From contig CM022674.1 of NCBI GenBank assembly GCA_012295275.1, positions 7,254,001-7,318,000 on the forward strand: a DNA stretch of 64,000 bases. Reading direction: 5' to 3'. How positions within the stretch are numbered: the stretch's first letter is position 1; each line of letters starts with the position of its first letter. Positions 28,401 to 41,629 of this stretch are shown here, piece after piece. The translations under genes and the position numbers were made by a program. The notes under the pieces were generated by a model that worked only from the letters and a program-made list of their open reading frames with translations, was not told the origin of the DNA and did not search any database. This DNA is from Chrysomallon squamiferum (taxonomy: Eukaryota > Animalia > Mollusca).

Positions 28401-30315
28401 TTAATACAGAGAATATAGTTTACATCTGATATAACAACATAGGAAAACATTCACCAAACAAAAATTATTACTCTTTTAAAATTTAATATATAAAATTAAT
28501 GACCAAAAACAAAAGAGGAATATAAAATAATGAATATGGTTAAATTTCTGAATGAATATGTGATTATTGACACACCAATATATTTTACATCTGATCACTT
28601 ATTAACATATAATTTATTAGTTTATGCTAATAAAAACTATTCACGACATATCCCAAGGGATATTTTCACACTCAAGGGAAACAAATGTATAAGCAGTAAT
28701 AACCTTGACATCACGAATAGCGTTAAAGATGGAATCAAAAAACTGTTGTATCTGCTGGAAGAAAAATGTTGGTGTGTTCACAGCAAGTTCTTTCAGAACA
28801 AGAACCTGAAAGAGAAAACAATTTAATTTTTACTGTAAAAAAATTTTAACATTTGTATTACAGGATGAACAACTCAAATCCAGCAACGCTGAGATCTGGC
28901 TATTGCCAGAACAAGGAAAATGCCAGAAAACAAAAACTGACCACTATGAGAAACTGTTATGTAAAAACAATCTTATATAATCATTCCACATACATATTCC
29001 TGTGTTATCAAAACTAGAACAAAAATCTTAAGCCAGGAAATGACACAAACATCAATTCTTCAAAGCATGGTTTTAATTGTTTTATCTAATATAAAGCTGA
29101 CAGATCAAAAATACAAATCAGCTTCAACTGAAAGTTTAAGAAGTTCTATCTATACTGTTAATATTTGGCAAAAATAAATCATGTATTTTTATTAAAACTT
29201 TTTATCAAAATATTTTTAAATAATCAGATATGGAAGAATTTTGTTTGTTTTTTTGTTGTTGTTGTTTTGGGGTTTTTTAATAATAATTTTTAAACATTAA
29301 CAATAAACTTAGTAAGAAATATGAACTAACAGCTGCATGTCTTCTGCCTTCATTGCGATCTCCTGTCAAACATTCAAGTGCTCGTTTTACTTCAAACTCG
29401 ACATACTCTGCAGCATATGTCCCCGACGACAACGCCAGAATTCCGACAGCCTTCGCAGCCATCTCCATGACACTGACATCATTGGAAGGCAGCAGATTAC
29501 GCAGGTAGTTTGCAAACCGACTCATTCGTGTTGATGTATTGCCAACATCAACCCCAATAAGACTAACTGAAATTTCAAATAATATAATTTGTAGATGAAA
29601 AATCACAAATGTGCATTATAACTGAATTCATTAATAAGAAAATACATAACAAATTTCAGCAATGATATTGAGAACTTCTAATTCATTTTGACATTAGATT
29701 CAGACTACAAGTAATTTAATTAAAATATTAGTAATAAATGTCATGGTACAGGGAATACAGATAAAAAAAATATTTTGAACATTTTATATAGTATATACTT
29801 AAGTTTTTTTAGTATTTACCCATCCAGTAAGACAAATTAAATAGCTGAAGCATCTTTATACAGACTGACAAAAAAAAATAATACCTAACAAAAACGGATA
29901 TGATTTAAGTATAACCAAAAAATAACAACCACATGTTTATGGAGTTACAATCAGAGGTGGCCTCTTAAGAATTTCTTTTCAGTTATTAACTACCAAGCCA
30001 TGTTAATGTCAAATAATCTTAGGTTCTCACATCAAAATCGAACCTTGCCTAATAAACATCACACTAAAGAACACAAACACAAAACAAACCAATTGCCAGA
30101 ATGCCTCCCTTTCTTTCATTCAGTTCTGTACTGGACACCATTTCAAAAATGTGATGGTTGAAATCATCCATGAAGGCTGTGTGTTCCTCAACTGGCATCT
30201 CACGAAGTTCTGTGCTGACAAAATGGTGAAGCTCCCTCGCAGCTTTACTTCGAACATCCTCATTTTTATTTTTCAGTCCAGTAATAAACTGGTTCATAAT
30301 AACACCAGTTGTCAT
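1949..30315 (-). CDS. MTOR: Serine/threonine-protein kinase mTOR (HEAT repeats, FAT and FRB domains); partial, 3' end beyond window start
   Basis: Exon peptides match mTOR, e.g. [92 protein letters not shown] rapamycin-contact residues equivalent to human S2035/T2098/W2101/F2108 are present. Hand-called GT-AG exons, 5' to 3': 30090-30315, 29331-29566, 28704-28805, 28002-28100, 27520-27654, 27137-27199, 26630-26800, 26179-26291, 25637-25815 (1-nt frameshift), 24952-25080, 24263-24426, 23890-23973, 23039-23157, 22486-22582, 21980-22185, 21526-21648, 21097-21180, 20017-20109, 19513-19647, 18943-19078, 18123-18373, 17614-17700, 17137-17304, 16682-16794, 15994-16249, 15155-15292, 14514-14656, 13096-13258, 12679-12812, 12110-12185, 11000-11139, 10573-10673, 9376-9569, 8736-8843, 8097-8222, 7250-7381, 6726-6844, 6080-6197, 5504-5659, 4926-5026, 4380-4476, 4021-4119, 3283-3405, 2528-2710, 1949-2083. 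Phases are consistent throughout except exon 9. Confidence 0.98.
4497..4845. repeat. Intronic direct duplication (~185 bp x2)
   Basis: The block tgttcaacatcactgtattatatactgttaaatgtaca...gattacattcatttgtgtttg...gtttccatctgtatgtttgtttattaat occurs at ~4500 and ~4685. Confidence 0.85.
6945..7125. repeat. (TTA)n microsatellite
   Basis: Long imperfect tta run, visible directly. Confidence 0.9.
9927..10569. repeat. Minisatellite (~56 bp x ~12) abutting an mTOR 5' splice site
   Basis: Unit aatattctgagactacaaactaaatttgaattctattacaaaactcttctattt(a); the last copy merges into the donor (cttac at 10568-10572). Confidence 0.93.
11100..11350. repeat. 104-bp tandem triplication spanning an mTOR 3' splice site
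   Basis: accagttctc(c/t)tgaattttctt recurs at 11121, 11225 and 11329 with intervening intron sequence. Decayed copies extend to ~11850. Confidence 0.88.
13243..13800. repeat. Minisatellite (~56 bp x ~9) containing an mTOR acceptor site
   Basis: Unit ttgaacaaatctctggaaaaaaacattaactaaagttaaaaaatataaacatcata is the reverse complement of the intron end ttccAG plus the first 12 exon nt AGATTTGTTCAA. Confidence 0.93.
14345..14435. repeat. (GA)n microsatellite
   Basis: Visible directly. Confidence 0.9.
24433..24695. repeat. (TAACA)n / (TACA)n compound microsatellite adjoining an mTOR acceptor
   Basis: Visible directly; it is the source of spurious MLCYV ORFs. Confidence 0.9.
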
Positions 30316-30781
30316 CTTTAAAACTGTAAAATAAATTTTAATAAATTTCTGTAGTGATCATATAAACAATATTAATCACTACATAAGTTAATATTAAAGA
30401 TAAATTAATAAAACAAAAATCAAATCGAAACTTAACTTTTCACTATATTGCCTATCACATCTGACAACAAGACATTTTTTTATACTAATTTTAGACATTA
30501 TATTAATAACGTTTGCAGGTTTCAGTTTAAAATAAAATCGCGATGCGGATGACAAATATTATAATACAAACTACTGACAGTTAATTTGAAATCATGTTCA
30601 TCGACATCATGACGATCATGTTAATCAAGTTAATGTTATTATTATATACAAATCAGAAGTCTAAAACAGTAAAAGTAAAGATGACGAAGTAGCATGGTTA
30701 GTTATAGATGTTAAAATGTGCCGGATACGATTGACAAGCTAAAAACAAATCGCTATATAATTTCACGTAAAAGCTACTCAC

Positions 30782-30900
30782 GTATTCAAAACAGAAATTC
30801 AAAAATAATTTACGGATTAGACCATATTCATATATTCGTCTACTAATATAGAAACATCATTATGTTGAAAGATAGCTGACGAACACATTCTGTGGGTCTT
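30782..30900 (-). other. Probable non-coding 5' UTR exon of mTOR (5' boundary unknown)
   Basis: There is an acceptor tttacAG 8 nt upstream of the ATG (30324-30325), a consensus donor GTGAGT at 30781-30776, and local CpG enrichment at 30500-30970. Confidence 0.45.
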
Positions 30901-31190
30901 ACCAATTACCGATAAAAACCGAAAGAAACCAACATTTGTCAAATACCGACAACATACGTCAACAACATCAGAATTTCTGGTAACAATTATAGATTTATCG
31001 CTAACAAGTACAAAATAAATGAGGATAAACTTTTATATATCTTAATAAATTATATATCAGATGCAATCCATTTTCAAAATCAACATTTACCAAATAAATG
31101 CATCTTAAATAAGAAACAGATTTTTCTTTTTGATTTGATTTGATTGATTGATTTTTTATTATTATATTAATTTTTTTTTATTTTTAAATT

Positions 31191-31221
<31 letters not shown>

Positions 31222-31668
31222 TTTTGTTGTCACTAATTATAGTAGTCGGTAATGCAAAGTTCTCAACTGGTAATTCTGAATTTCTTTTCTGTTATGTTGG
31301 GTTTTTCGTCAAAAATTCTGAATTTCTCGTCGGTATTTTTTTGTTGTTTGCAATTTGATCTTGTATGTAAGATGTTGACTTAAAATAATAATAATAAAAA
31401 TAATAATAACAACAACAACAACAACAACAATAAAAACTAATAAAAGAAATAAATGAAATATACACGCTGCTATTATTTATTCGTGTCTTTGGATTGATTT
31501 TTTTGAAATTAATATTTTAACTGTAGATTATTTTAAAGATTAAATATTAGCCCATGTGACAATTTCTGTAGTATTTAATTCATTTTAAAATATATTGTGC
31601 ATTACGAATGTATGTTATTAGACATATCATGAAATACGTACATCTGTGCAAACGTGCGAGTGCCTGTA

Positions 31669-31714
<46 letters not shown>

Positions 31715-32651
31715 TTAAAGTATTTAAATGGCGAGAAAATTATCAGAAAGTTGGAATTTATGGTAATGTTCTGTACGTAAAGTAAACAAACCTCCGGTAA
31801 CACATTTTCAAATAGTTTACGTGTTCTCTTAGTAGCCAGACTGAGGTGGGTGTGCAATCTTCAGGTGACTCCACGTCGCTGCATTTTAGATAGGTTTATG
31901 TTTATTAAAATGAATTCAAATATATACATTTTTAAAGATTATTTGATAATCTACCCAAGTTTTGTTCTGAGTTTATGACGCAATGAATGATTTTAAAATA
32001 ATTTAAAGCGTTTATTCATTTATTTATTTATTTTAATCAGTATTAAACAATATATAACCAAAGTAGTTTTAATCGAAAAACTGAATAGTTAATATTCATA
32101 TTGTAACTCATTAGACATTTTTTTTTTACTCTCACATAATTATGTATTTTTATATTTTTAATTAATTTATTTAGTATATTTGTATGTGTGTGTGTGTACA
32201 AAGTCACACACACCTATTATCAGAGCGATATATAGTAAGTACCCATGAATATATAAAAATACTAAAATAATTTGAAGCAGACGATTCACCAAACTAAAAG
32301 AGATTGAAACAACGTATGCAGGTAATATAAGTAATATACCTAGTGTGATAAAAGAATCCTAGATACAAATTTAGAAAAACTAAAATCCGATCCCGAATCT
32401 TGCAACATACAGTTGTGGTAAAAGCAGAGTTACAGGGGGTTTCAGACAGTTAATATTTATTTTAATAATGTTTGTTCTTCAGCATTTTAGACAAAACGAT
32501 ATAAATCTACAGAGAAATAAAGAAAGAAAAAATTAAGAACAAAAACAGTAAATTAAGAATAAATAATTTACTGTTATTTTTGTATCTATCTGTTTGTCTA
32601 TTTCTCTTTAACACACACAAGCAATATATTGATTTATCACACACGCACACA

Positions 32652-32691
<40 letters not shown>

Positions 32692-32699
32692 TAAAAAAA

Positions 32700-33830
32700 A
32701 AAAAAAAAAATTAAGTGTCAGACGATATTTTCAGCACAATTTTCTGAATGTCCAGATCGTAATGTTACATTTGATATTATTCCAGTTAAAGACATTATGT
32801 CTAAGAAATTCTGAAATGCATTCAAGTCCATTGTCGACTAGTTTTATTTACCAGAGCATGCACAGCGTGGGCTTGCAAAAAAGGGCTAACAGAAAAGGTT
32901 TGACAAATGTGCATTATTTGTTTTTTCATAAATCGCTTCATCTGCAAGCTCTCCATATGAATAATTTCCCTATGCATGGGGCTTGCTTGAGGACCGGTAC
33001 ATTGTCAGTATGATTTTACAACATTGTACAATCACTGCACAACAGTTATTTGACTATCTGTGGACTGCGACTGGGATTCTTGTTCCTGATCAAACCATAT
33101 ACAATCGCCTGAGAGCCAATAATTTGAGCTGCTGTCATCAGGTTGTTCAACCACACCACTCACAGAAGGGCCAGACGTGACTGCTGTATTTGTTATGTGT
33201 GATGGCAGCATGTTCTATAGGAGCGAATTCTGTTCACAGATGAATCCAGTTTTAGTCGCCAGCTCAACGACGGTTGCATTCTTGTGAAGAGAGGTTCAGG
33301 AGGGCGCTTTGCTGATGCCGGGTCACGTCGTGGGGCGCCATCTCTAGTCATCGTAGAACCCTCTCTGTGTGATGTATGAGAATCTGACTTCAAATTTTAA
33401 CGTGAACAAGATTATCCGGCCATTAGATCTACCAGTCCTACCACAGAGAGGCAGTTAAGCTGGACGACAGTGCTAGACTTTTATCTTCCAGGGTGGTGAC
33501 AGACTTTCTTAAGCAACAGGGTGTCGTTAGGATGTATTAGCCAGCAAATTTATTTTTCTTGACACTAATAGGGTGTGTCTGGCAATGAGTTAGGCTGGTG
33601 AGTTTGGCATCACCACGTCCCTGCCCACAACCTATAATTTCATGTGACAGAACATTCTTCAAGACTTCTTCAGACGTCTGATCAACAGCATGAAACATGG
33701 CAATTCTATGTTTGACCCCTCCAACTGTGGCAGCATATCAAGTAACTAACTTGCAAACGGTTTTCTGTAAATATGGGACAATAAATAAAACTGGCGGTTT
33801 TGGGGTGTTTCTTAACATTCAGTAATACAG
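32700..33830 (+). mobile_element. Degenerate Tc1/mariner-type DNA transposon remnant
   Basis: Broken transposase fragments: TATGILVPDQTIYNRLRANNL (Tc1/Tc3 HTH-like), ILFTDESSFS (first Asp of the DDE triad, ~33227-33256), DGCILVKRGSGGRFADA, VTDFLKQQGVVRMY*PAN (WPA-motif region). Multiple stops and frameshifts; TIRs not clearly seen. Confidence 0.85.
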
Positions 33831-34974
33831 ATGATGAAGTTTATTCGTTATGAACAATAATGTACCAATATTATATCTTTGTTTTATTATACTTCATCCT
33901 TTTTTCTTTTTTAAACATACAGTACCGAATAAAGTGTTTAAATTGATCAGATATGAAAATGTCGTTTGTCTCACAGATAAAGACAACAAATATATAAATA
34001 TATTTCTGAAATAAACCAGCAGGTATTATATATTACTTTAGACATTATTATTATTTTCCTCCCAACCCCCACTTGATGCAGGTAAATTAATTTATAAATG
34101 TCATTTAAAATTATAAATATCTGAGATTTTCCTTCCCCCCCGTTTTTTTTTTTTAAACACTGTCTAAAAAGCATCTCAAAACGGCTAATAAATAAAAACA
34201 CAGTGAAAATGAACTAAAGCAGATATTTATTTAAAATATAATTTTGCATTATAAAAACATTTTGCTTGGAATAAATAAACAAATCTAAATAATATTGATA
34301 ACACATGTTCAAAATGTGTTTCTGACATCCTTGTCTTTTTTTTCTTTATAATTATAAAATTTTCCACAAATAAAATATTCAAGATGATAGAAAATGTAGG
34401 CTTTTAACTAGAATTTGACAATAAAATTCGTGCAAAAATAAAATAAAAATAAAATAAAATACAAAAGCTCCCACATTCAATCATATAAAGCACTGAGTTG
34501 AGTGGACATATTTATCTTTAAAAAAAATTAAAAATAAATAAATAACTAGGAAGCTATAAAATCTTGTTCCCAAGATGTCTGGAAACAGGCAGATTTATAA
34601 AGAAAAAAAAAGAAAAACATTAAAAAAAGAAAATGAGAAAGAATACTATCTTATCTACTAAGTCTGCTTAAGAACTTGCTTACAACACAAGGAACTCAAA
34701 AGCAGCAGAGCAACAATAAAATTATCTGAGACTAATATAGCTCTTCAGTGTGCTCACTGTAACAAAATAATTTAAGAACAACTAGAGATAATCTACAAAC
34801 AGTTCTGAAAGGACAAACCAAATGTCAACTTTATATTGCTTTTGTTAAGTCAGAATTATTCTGTTCAAAGCAGGTTGAATTACACTTCAATTTGTCAATC
34901 ATTGATTGCTCAGAGATTGTCACATCATAAATATTGTATCAAAGAAATAAAAATAGTTGATTAGCTTAAGTATA

Positions 34975-37900
34975 TTTTGATTAAACTATATTATTTTAGC
35001 AGTGAATGACTTCATCTACAACAGTTACCTGACCTGTTTGGACACAACATTACAGAGGTAAATAAATCTAGGAGACAGATCTTCATATACAGCAGTCATA
35101 AAAATACAATGAAAGTTCCCTGTCAGACCAACTTTCTGATAGAATTTACAAAAGGAAGATGTTAATGATTTCTGTTATTTCATCTCACCCTTGTTATAAA
35201 GGACAAACATCAAGTTTTGAGGTTTTTCTCTTGACAAGTGCATTGTTAACTATATTCAGTGTACTATATGGAGTTACCAACTCGTGATATTGGTGTCTAT
35301 GTTTATATAACAGTATTATTGGTTTTTATTAACTACATCACTTACAGAGTATGAAGTACTAGGAATGATATATTCAAAATTGACTATACATAATCAGTCA
35401 CTGATATATTTATAATCAAATTTAATGACAAACATATCTTTTACAGCTGTTCATCCCATCAACATGGAAAAGATAACAACAGAGGTCATGTGCTATAGTG
35501 AATTTCTGATACTACTTAGTAATAGGATATTAGCTTCTTACAATATTTCTCCACATTATTGTTAAATACAACTAATATAAATTAAATATTCAATTTAAAA
35601 AACCCATTAAAAAAACCTCCAAACTGAAGCTGTACCAGGACTGATGCAGTTAGGATAATGCGTCACGTTTCTCATTTTAATAACAAGATGTTTACAGAGG
35701 CTAACTTGAAAGTGATGCACTGAAGTAGTTCACTACATCTAAAATGAACATGAAGTGTGTTATAATAAAAATAAAGTAGTGAATTGTACTAGTTGTAAAA
35801 ATGGTCACACTGTCTATGATCAACAGAACTGAAGGTGTGATGTGCCAACCATTTAATTTTTGTTTATAACAACGCAGACTTTGAAAAAATTAAAGGAAAG
35901 ATAATATCTGAGATATTCAACAAAATGACTTTCATTTTCAAACATGAACCATGATTTTGTTGTAACCAGCTGTTCAAAAGTGCAATACTGCATTAAAAAG
36001 TCATCAAAAATAATCACAGTTGAAATAATTAAAAATTAAATAATTTGTGGGGTTTTTTTTGTTGGTTTTTTATACAAATTCAGAAACAATTAGAAGTTGT
36101 TCTGTTTTGGCATTACACACACAAAAAAAAAAGTTGGTCAGAACAAGAAAACTAAATGTAAACTATACTGACATTAATTATTTTTGGTATACACTTGATA
36201 CTTTTACAATACTGAATGACAAATTGCAACAGATATTTCATACAATTTACATGTAGGCAACATTTTTACAATATTCAGTCTACAAAATTTAAAATAGAAA
36301 GAAAAAAGATAAATAAATAAATAACAATAACAACAAAAAATATAAAATAAAATATATCTATATATATACGCACATGCACACTACATAAAAAAGAGTAAAA
36401 TTATATGTTTGTTTTACTGATTCATTTGTTAACATATCAACTGTGTGGTTTTTAAGAAGCAACTAACAAAGCATGCTCAGTTTTCATATTTAACAGTCAT
36501 CAAATAAAGAAATATATATTAATTTATAAAAACAAATTTTCTGATTTGTCCACAGACGTGTCATAAAAACCATACGAAAGAAATGAAAAACGATCTGTTA
36601 GTTCAAGGATATTCTCATTAAACAGAACATTATGAATTAAGCTATATTTTTAGCAGTGAATGACTTCATGTACAACAGTGTTATCTGACTTGTTTGGACA
36701 CAACATCAGAGGTAAATAAATCTAGGAGACAGATCTTCATATACAGCAGTTGTTAAAATACAATGAAAATTCCCTGTCAGACCAACTTTCTGATAGAATT
36801 TACAAGGAAGATGTTAATGATTTCTGTTATTTCATCTCACCCTTGTTATCAATGACAAACGTCAAGTTTTGTTTTTTCTGTTGACAATTCATTGTTAACA
36901 AAACTATATTCAGTGTACTGCAACACATAAAATCTACATGGAGTTATCAACTCATGATATTGGTATCTATGTTTATATAACAGTATTATTGGTTTTTATT
37001 AACTACATCACTTACAGAGTATGAAGTACTAGGAATGGTATATTCAAAATTGACTATACATAATCAGTCACTGATATATTTATAATCAAATTTAATGACA
37101 AACATATCTTTTACAGCTGTTCATTCCATCAACATGGAAAAGATAACAACAGAGGTGATGTGCTATAGTGAATTTCTGATACTACTTAGTAATAGGATAT
37201 TAGCTTCTTACAATATTTCTCCACATTATTTTGTTAAATACAACTAATATAAATAACCAATTTAATAACTAAATATCTCATCATATTCTACACTGTGAAC
37301 TTGTCATTAAGATCTGATCTGTTAAATGTTAATCACTGAGCTTATAACCTAACATTTCAGACAGCAGATCTTGCTGATGTTTCACAGATAGAAATATCTG
37401 CTATCAATGGAGGAGTGCATTTGTGTGTGAACGACACTGATAAAAGTAATCTGCCAAATAAGCAATGAAAAATGTTCATGGATAAAAAAAGATGCTCTCA
37501 TCAGAATTGTTCTCAGGATAAATTAAATATTCAATTTAAAAAACCCTCCAAACTGAAGCTGTACCAGGACTGATGCAGTTAGGATAATGCGTCACATTTC
37601 TCATTTTAATAACAAGATGTTTACAGAGGCTAACTTGAAAGTGATGCACTGAAGTAGTTCACTACATCTAAAATGAACATGAAGTGTGTTATAATAAAAT
37701 GAATAAATATATAATAAAAATAAAGTAGTGAATTGTACTAGTTGTAAAAATGGTCACACTGTCTATGATAACAGAACAACTGAAGGTGTGATGTGCCAAC
37801 CATTTAATTTTTGTTTATAACAATGCAGACTTTGAAAAAATTAAAGGAAAGATAATATCTGAGATATTCAACAAAATGACTTTCATTTTCAAACATGAAC

Positions 37901-39295
37901 CCTGATTCTGTTATAACCAGCTGTTCAAAAGTGCAATACTGCATGACAAAAGTCATCAAAAATAATCACAGTTGAAATAATTAAAAATTAAATAATTTGT
38001 GGGCGTTTTTTTGTTGGTTTTTTAAAAATTCAAACAATTAGAAGTTGTTCTGTTTTGGCAAAAACACCAAAAAAAAAGTTGGTCAGAACAAGAAAACTAA
38101 ATGTAAACTAGCTGACAGTAATCCAGGACTTGATACTGTTACAATACTGAATGACAAATTAGATATTTCATACAATTTACATGTAGGCAACATTTTTACA
38201 ATATTCAACAAAATTTAAAATTAAATAAATAACAATAACAACAAAAATTTAAAATAAAATATATCTATACATATACGCACATGCACACACTACATAAAAA
38301 AAAAAGAGTAAAATTATATGTTTTACTGATTCAATTGTTAACATATCAACTGTGTGGTTTTTAAGAAGCAACTAACAAACATGCTCAGTTTTCATATTTA
38401 ACAGTCATCAAATAAAGAAATATATATTAATTTATAAAAACAAATTTTCTGATTTGTCCACAGACGTGTCATAAAAACCATACGAAAGAAATGAAAAACG
38501 ATTTGTTAGTTCAAGGATATTCTCATTAAACAGAACATTATGAATTAAGCTTTATTTTTAGCAGTGAATGTCTTCATGTACAACAGTGTTATCTCACTTG
38601 TTTGGACACAACATCAGAGGTCAATAAATCTAGGAGACAGATCTTCGTATACAGCAGTCGTAAAAATACAATGAAAATTCCCTGTCAGACCAACTTTCTG
38701 ATAGAATTTACAAGGAAGATGTTAATGATTTCTGTTATTTCATCTCACCCTTGTTATCAACGACAAACATCAAGTTTTGAGTTTTTTCTATTGATGAATG
38801 CATTGTTAACACAACTATATTAAATGTACTGCAACACATAAAATCTATATGGAGTTACCAACTTGTGATATTGGTGTCTATGTTTATATATCAGTCTTAC
38901 TGGTTTTATTAACTACATCACTTTCAGAGTATTAAGTTTTACTGATGATGTACATAATCAACTACACACTCAAATTTAACAACAAATATATTCTTATACA
39001 GCTCTTTGCCCAGTCAATTTGCAAAAGATTCTCAGTGTTCAAGATAACTGACAAGATGTACTATCAATGAACTACTGATACTGAAATAATAAAATTTATT
39101 CAAGATGTGTCTTGATGCAAATTTGACTATTTCTCATTATTTTGTTAAAAAACATTTAAAAAAAATAAAAATAAATAACTGATTTAATTTCTACAGTCAA
39201 CTTGTCATTAAGATCCAATCTATTAAATGTTAATCATTGAGCTTATAACCTAACATTTCAGACAGCAGATCTTGTCAGTGCTTGAGAGATAGAAA
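34975..39295. repeat. Tandem segmental duplication, ~1.65-1.9 kb unit, two full copies plus one partial copy
   Basis: Shared anchor ttttagcagtgaatg(a/t)cttcat at ~34994, ~36648 and ~38556, followed by long near-identical colinear sequence. Copy 1 lacks a ~265-bp block present in copy 2 (~37255-37517). Confidence 0.92.
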
Positions 39296-40395
39296 TAGTA
39301 GATGAATTAAACTGAAATTCTCATTATCAGCAACTGATACTTTGCAGGTATTTACCAAAATACCAAAAAGACAACTATTTTAATTGCAGATATAGTCACA
39401 TCTAACTTATTGCTATTATTACTAAAAGTTCTGCAGTGACCCTTTATCGTGTCCATCTCAGTCTGTAAGGGTCAGTAATTACAAAGCTGTACCACAATGC
39501 TTGACGAGAAATGGGAAGAAAAAGATAAAAAAGATAGAAAAAGGGCATTTTCCCTATTACTACAGTGAAGTAAAGGTATACATAATTTTAAGTTTATTAT
39601 AACAAAGTACAGTCTCATTCTTCAATAAGCAGCAGCTGTTCTTTTTGTTTTAATGAACTGTCAACAGACATTTTCATTGTTAAATTGTAAAGTTAGGTCA
39701 CTGGAACTAAGGAAAGCTTGACATTTATTATCACTGAACTTCATACTGGAATAAACACTGAAATGCATCATCTGTGGTGTACAGATCATTACAGCTGACA
39801 GCAATGAAAGTTATAATAGATTTACTTCCCCAAGTAAATGTGGAATAAGACAAGACAGTAACTTAGAATAACACAGACCACTTGCATCAGATTATATTTT
39901 TACAGCTTCAATAATATATACATACAAAAGGGAAAAAGTCAACGATACATTGGTTTGTTATCAAAACTTCAAATGACCAGTACCAGCAGCAATCAAACTC
40001 AAGATTATTCTTGTTGCCAGCATGAAGAAAAAACAAAAAATGCAAAAACCTAGCATCTGTTTACTGAAAGAGTTGCTACATGTTACTGGAATTCCTGTGT
40101 TGCCTGTGTTGAAGAAACAACATGAAGTTCAGAAATCTCCTCCCCAACAAAGTTGCTATGTATTTCTAGGAAAAAAAACATTACTAAGTGAAAAACAGAA
40201 GAAAAAAAAAGAAAACAAAAAAGAAAACAAAAAAGGTAGTTTTGAATAAACATTTAAATAATTTCATCTTGCTTTTCCGAAACCTGGCTTTGTAGACAAA
40301 AATTATATATCACATTAATGTAACTGTAATTGAGACAAAAAAATCTTACAGAAATGTTTAAAATATAAATAATAATTATTATTATTTTTTAAACA

Positions 40396-41252
40396 TTAGG
40401 TAAACTTTTGTAATGGCTGAGAAGAACTGATTGCTGTTCTATGGTTTCTGTTGTCAACCAGCTGGTCGTAGGTTTGTTTTGGCTGTATTTGGAGAGGAAT
40501 GGTGGTGCAGAGCTGCTCTTTTTTGTTTTTAAACACTGAGTAATCTTCATCAGCTAAACATGCATCTCCTAACAAGCTGGTCAGCAGACAGTGCTGCACT
40601 CTAAGCCTGGTTTTTTCTGTTGGAGCATTTCTCTATTTCCCAGTTGGCATAAAATTTGAAAACTGAATGAAGCGGTTGACAATTTTAACTTTAGAATGTG
40701 TGATCTTTCTAAAACTGCAGTACAGAGGATGTTGTTGGATTTGTTTCTTCTTTTAACCTGACGTCTCCTTCATCGTCTGGTATGTCACTGCTCAGTAAAA
40801 ATTTTGGATGTTCTGCAATAATCTCCAGATGACCAAGATGCATGATGTTAACTGCACTGAATGCAGCATTAGCCAGAATACTTTTCTGTTTAAGATTGAC
40901 AATTGGTCTGTCTTTGAGAACAAGTGAACGATATCGTTTCTATAATGGATTAAACACATAGTAGAGAACATTTTGTTAAAACAAAACATAAAACACGTTT
41001 ATATCTTTTACTGAGAATCATTTTTAACCCTTTTGATATGACAATTTTCCAAGACTTTTCAAAACAAAAAGGTGAAAACATTTGAAGGTTCTTGAAATAG
41101 TATGTTCCAGTTTCCAAAACCTCAGCAAACCACATCTACAAATCATCTTTTGTGACTGGTTGAAAAGCAGAAAAATACACAAAATGTCATTGTCCAATAG
41201 ACAGAATTCTTATTCTGTGTAACGGCTGGTATTTATTATAAACCATTAATCC
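40396..41252 (-). pseudogene. Decayed coding-like segment of unknown family (possible TE or pseudo-exon)
   Basis: A strong acceptor ttgttatatttcAG at ~41254 is followed by higher-complexity sequence with interrupted protein-like frames (RSLVLKDRPIVNLKQKSILANAAFSAVNIMHLGHLEIIAEHPKFLLSSDIPDDEG; HCLLTSLLGDACLADEDY). No family recognised. Confidence 0.25.
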
Positions 41253-41629
41253 TGAAATATAACAAATAAACAATTCTTAATACATACATCAATATACATC
41301 AAATTACGTCAGCTGTTAGATGCCATGTAAACATATATATACAAACAAAGTCAACAAATAAATTTAGAATTTAGATTAGAACAGTGTATACAGCTATGCA
41401 AAAATATTAATGGTAACAATAATAATATACATATGCTTCCTTTATTTTATCACATATCAGATGTTTAAGAAAACATCAGTTTAATATTTGATCTACAAAT
41501 CTCTGTTTTTAAAAAAAAATCAAAATAAAATAATATAATATAAAATAAATAATCTACAAATTTCTGTTGCCAAATGTTTTACTACGATAGTGCCTACAGG
41601 TTTTCTGCAGCATGATTTTTTTCTCTCCA

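Noticed and set aside
1949-30315. Nested opposite-strand gene in an mTOR intron (like vertebrate ANGPTL7)
   Set aside because: Introns here are short (under ~1.3 kb apart from the repeat-filled one at the window edge), and the plus-strand ORFs are antisense to exons or low-complexity.
30900-31345. Possible inverted-repeat element upstream of mTOR (aaataccgac / gtcggtattt)
   Set aside because: The matches are only ~10 bp and not colinear enough to support a MITE.
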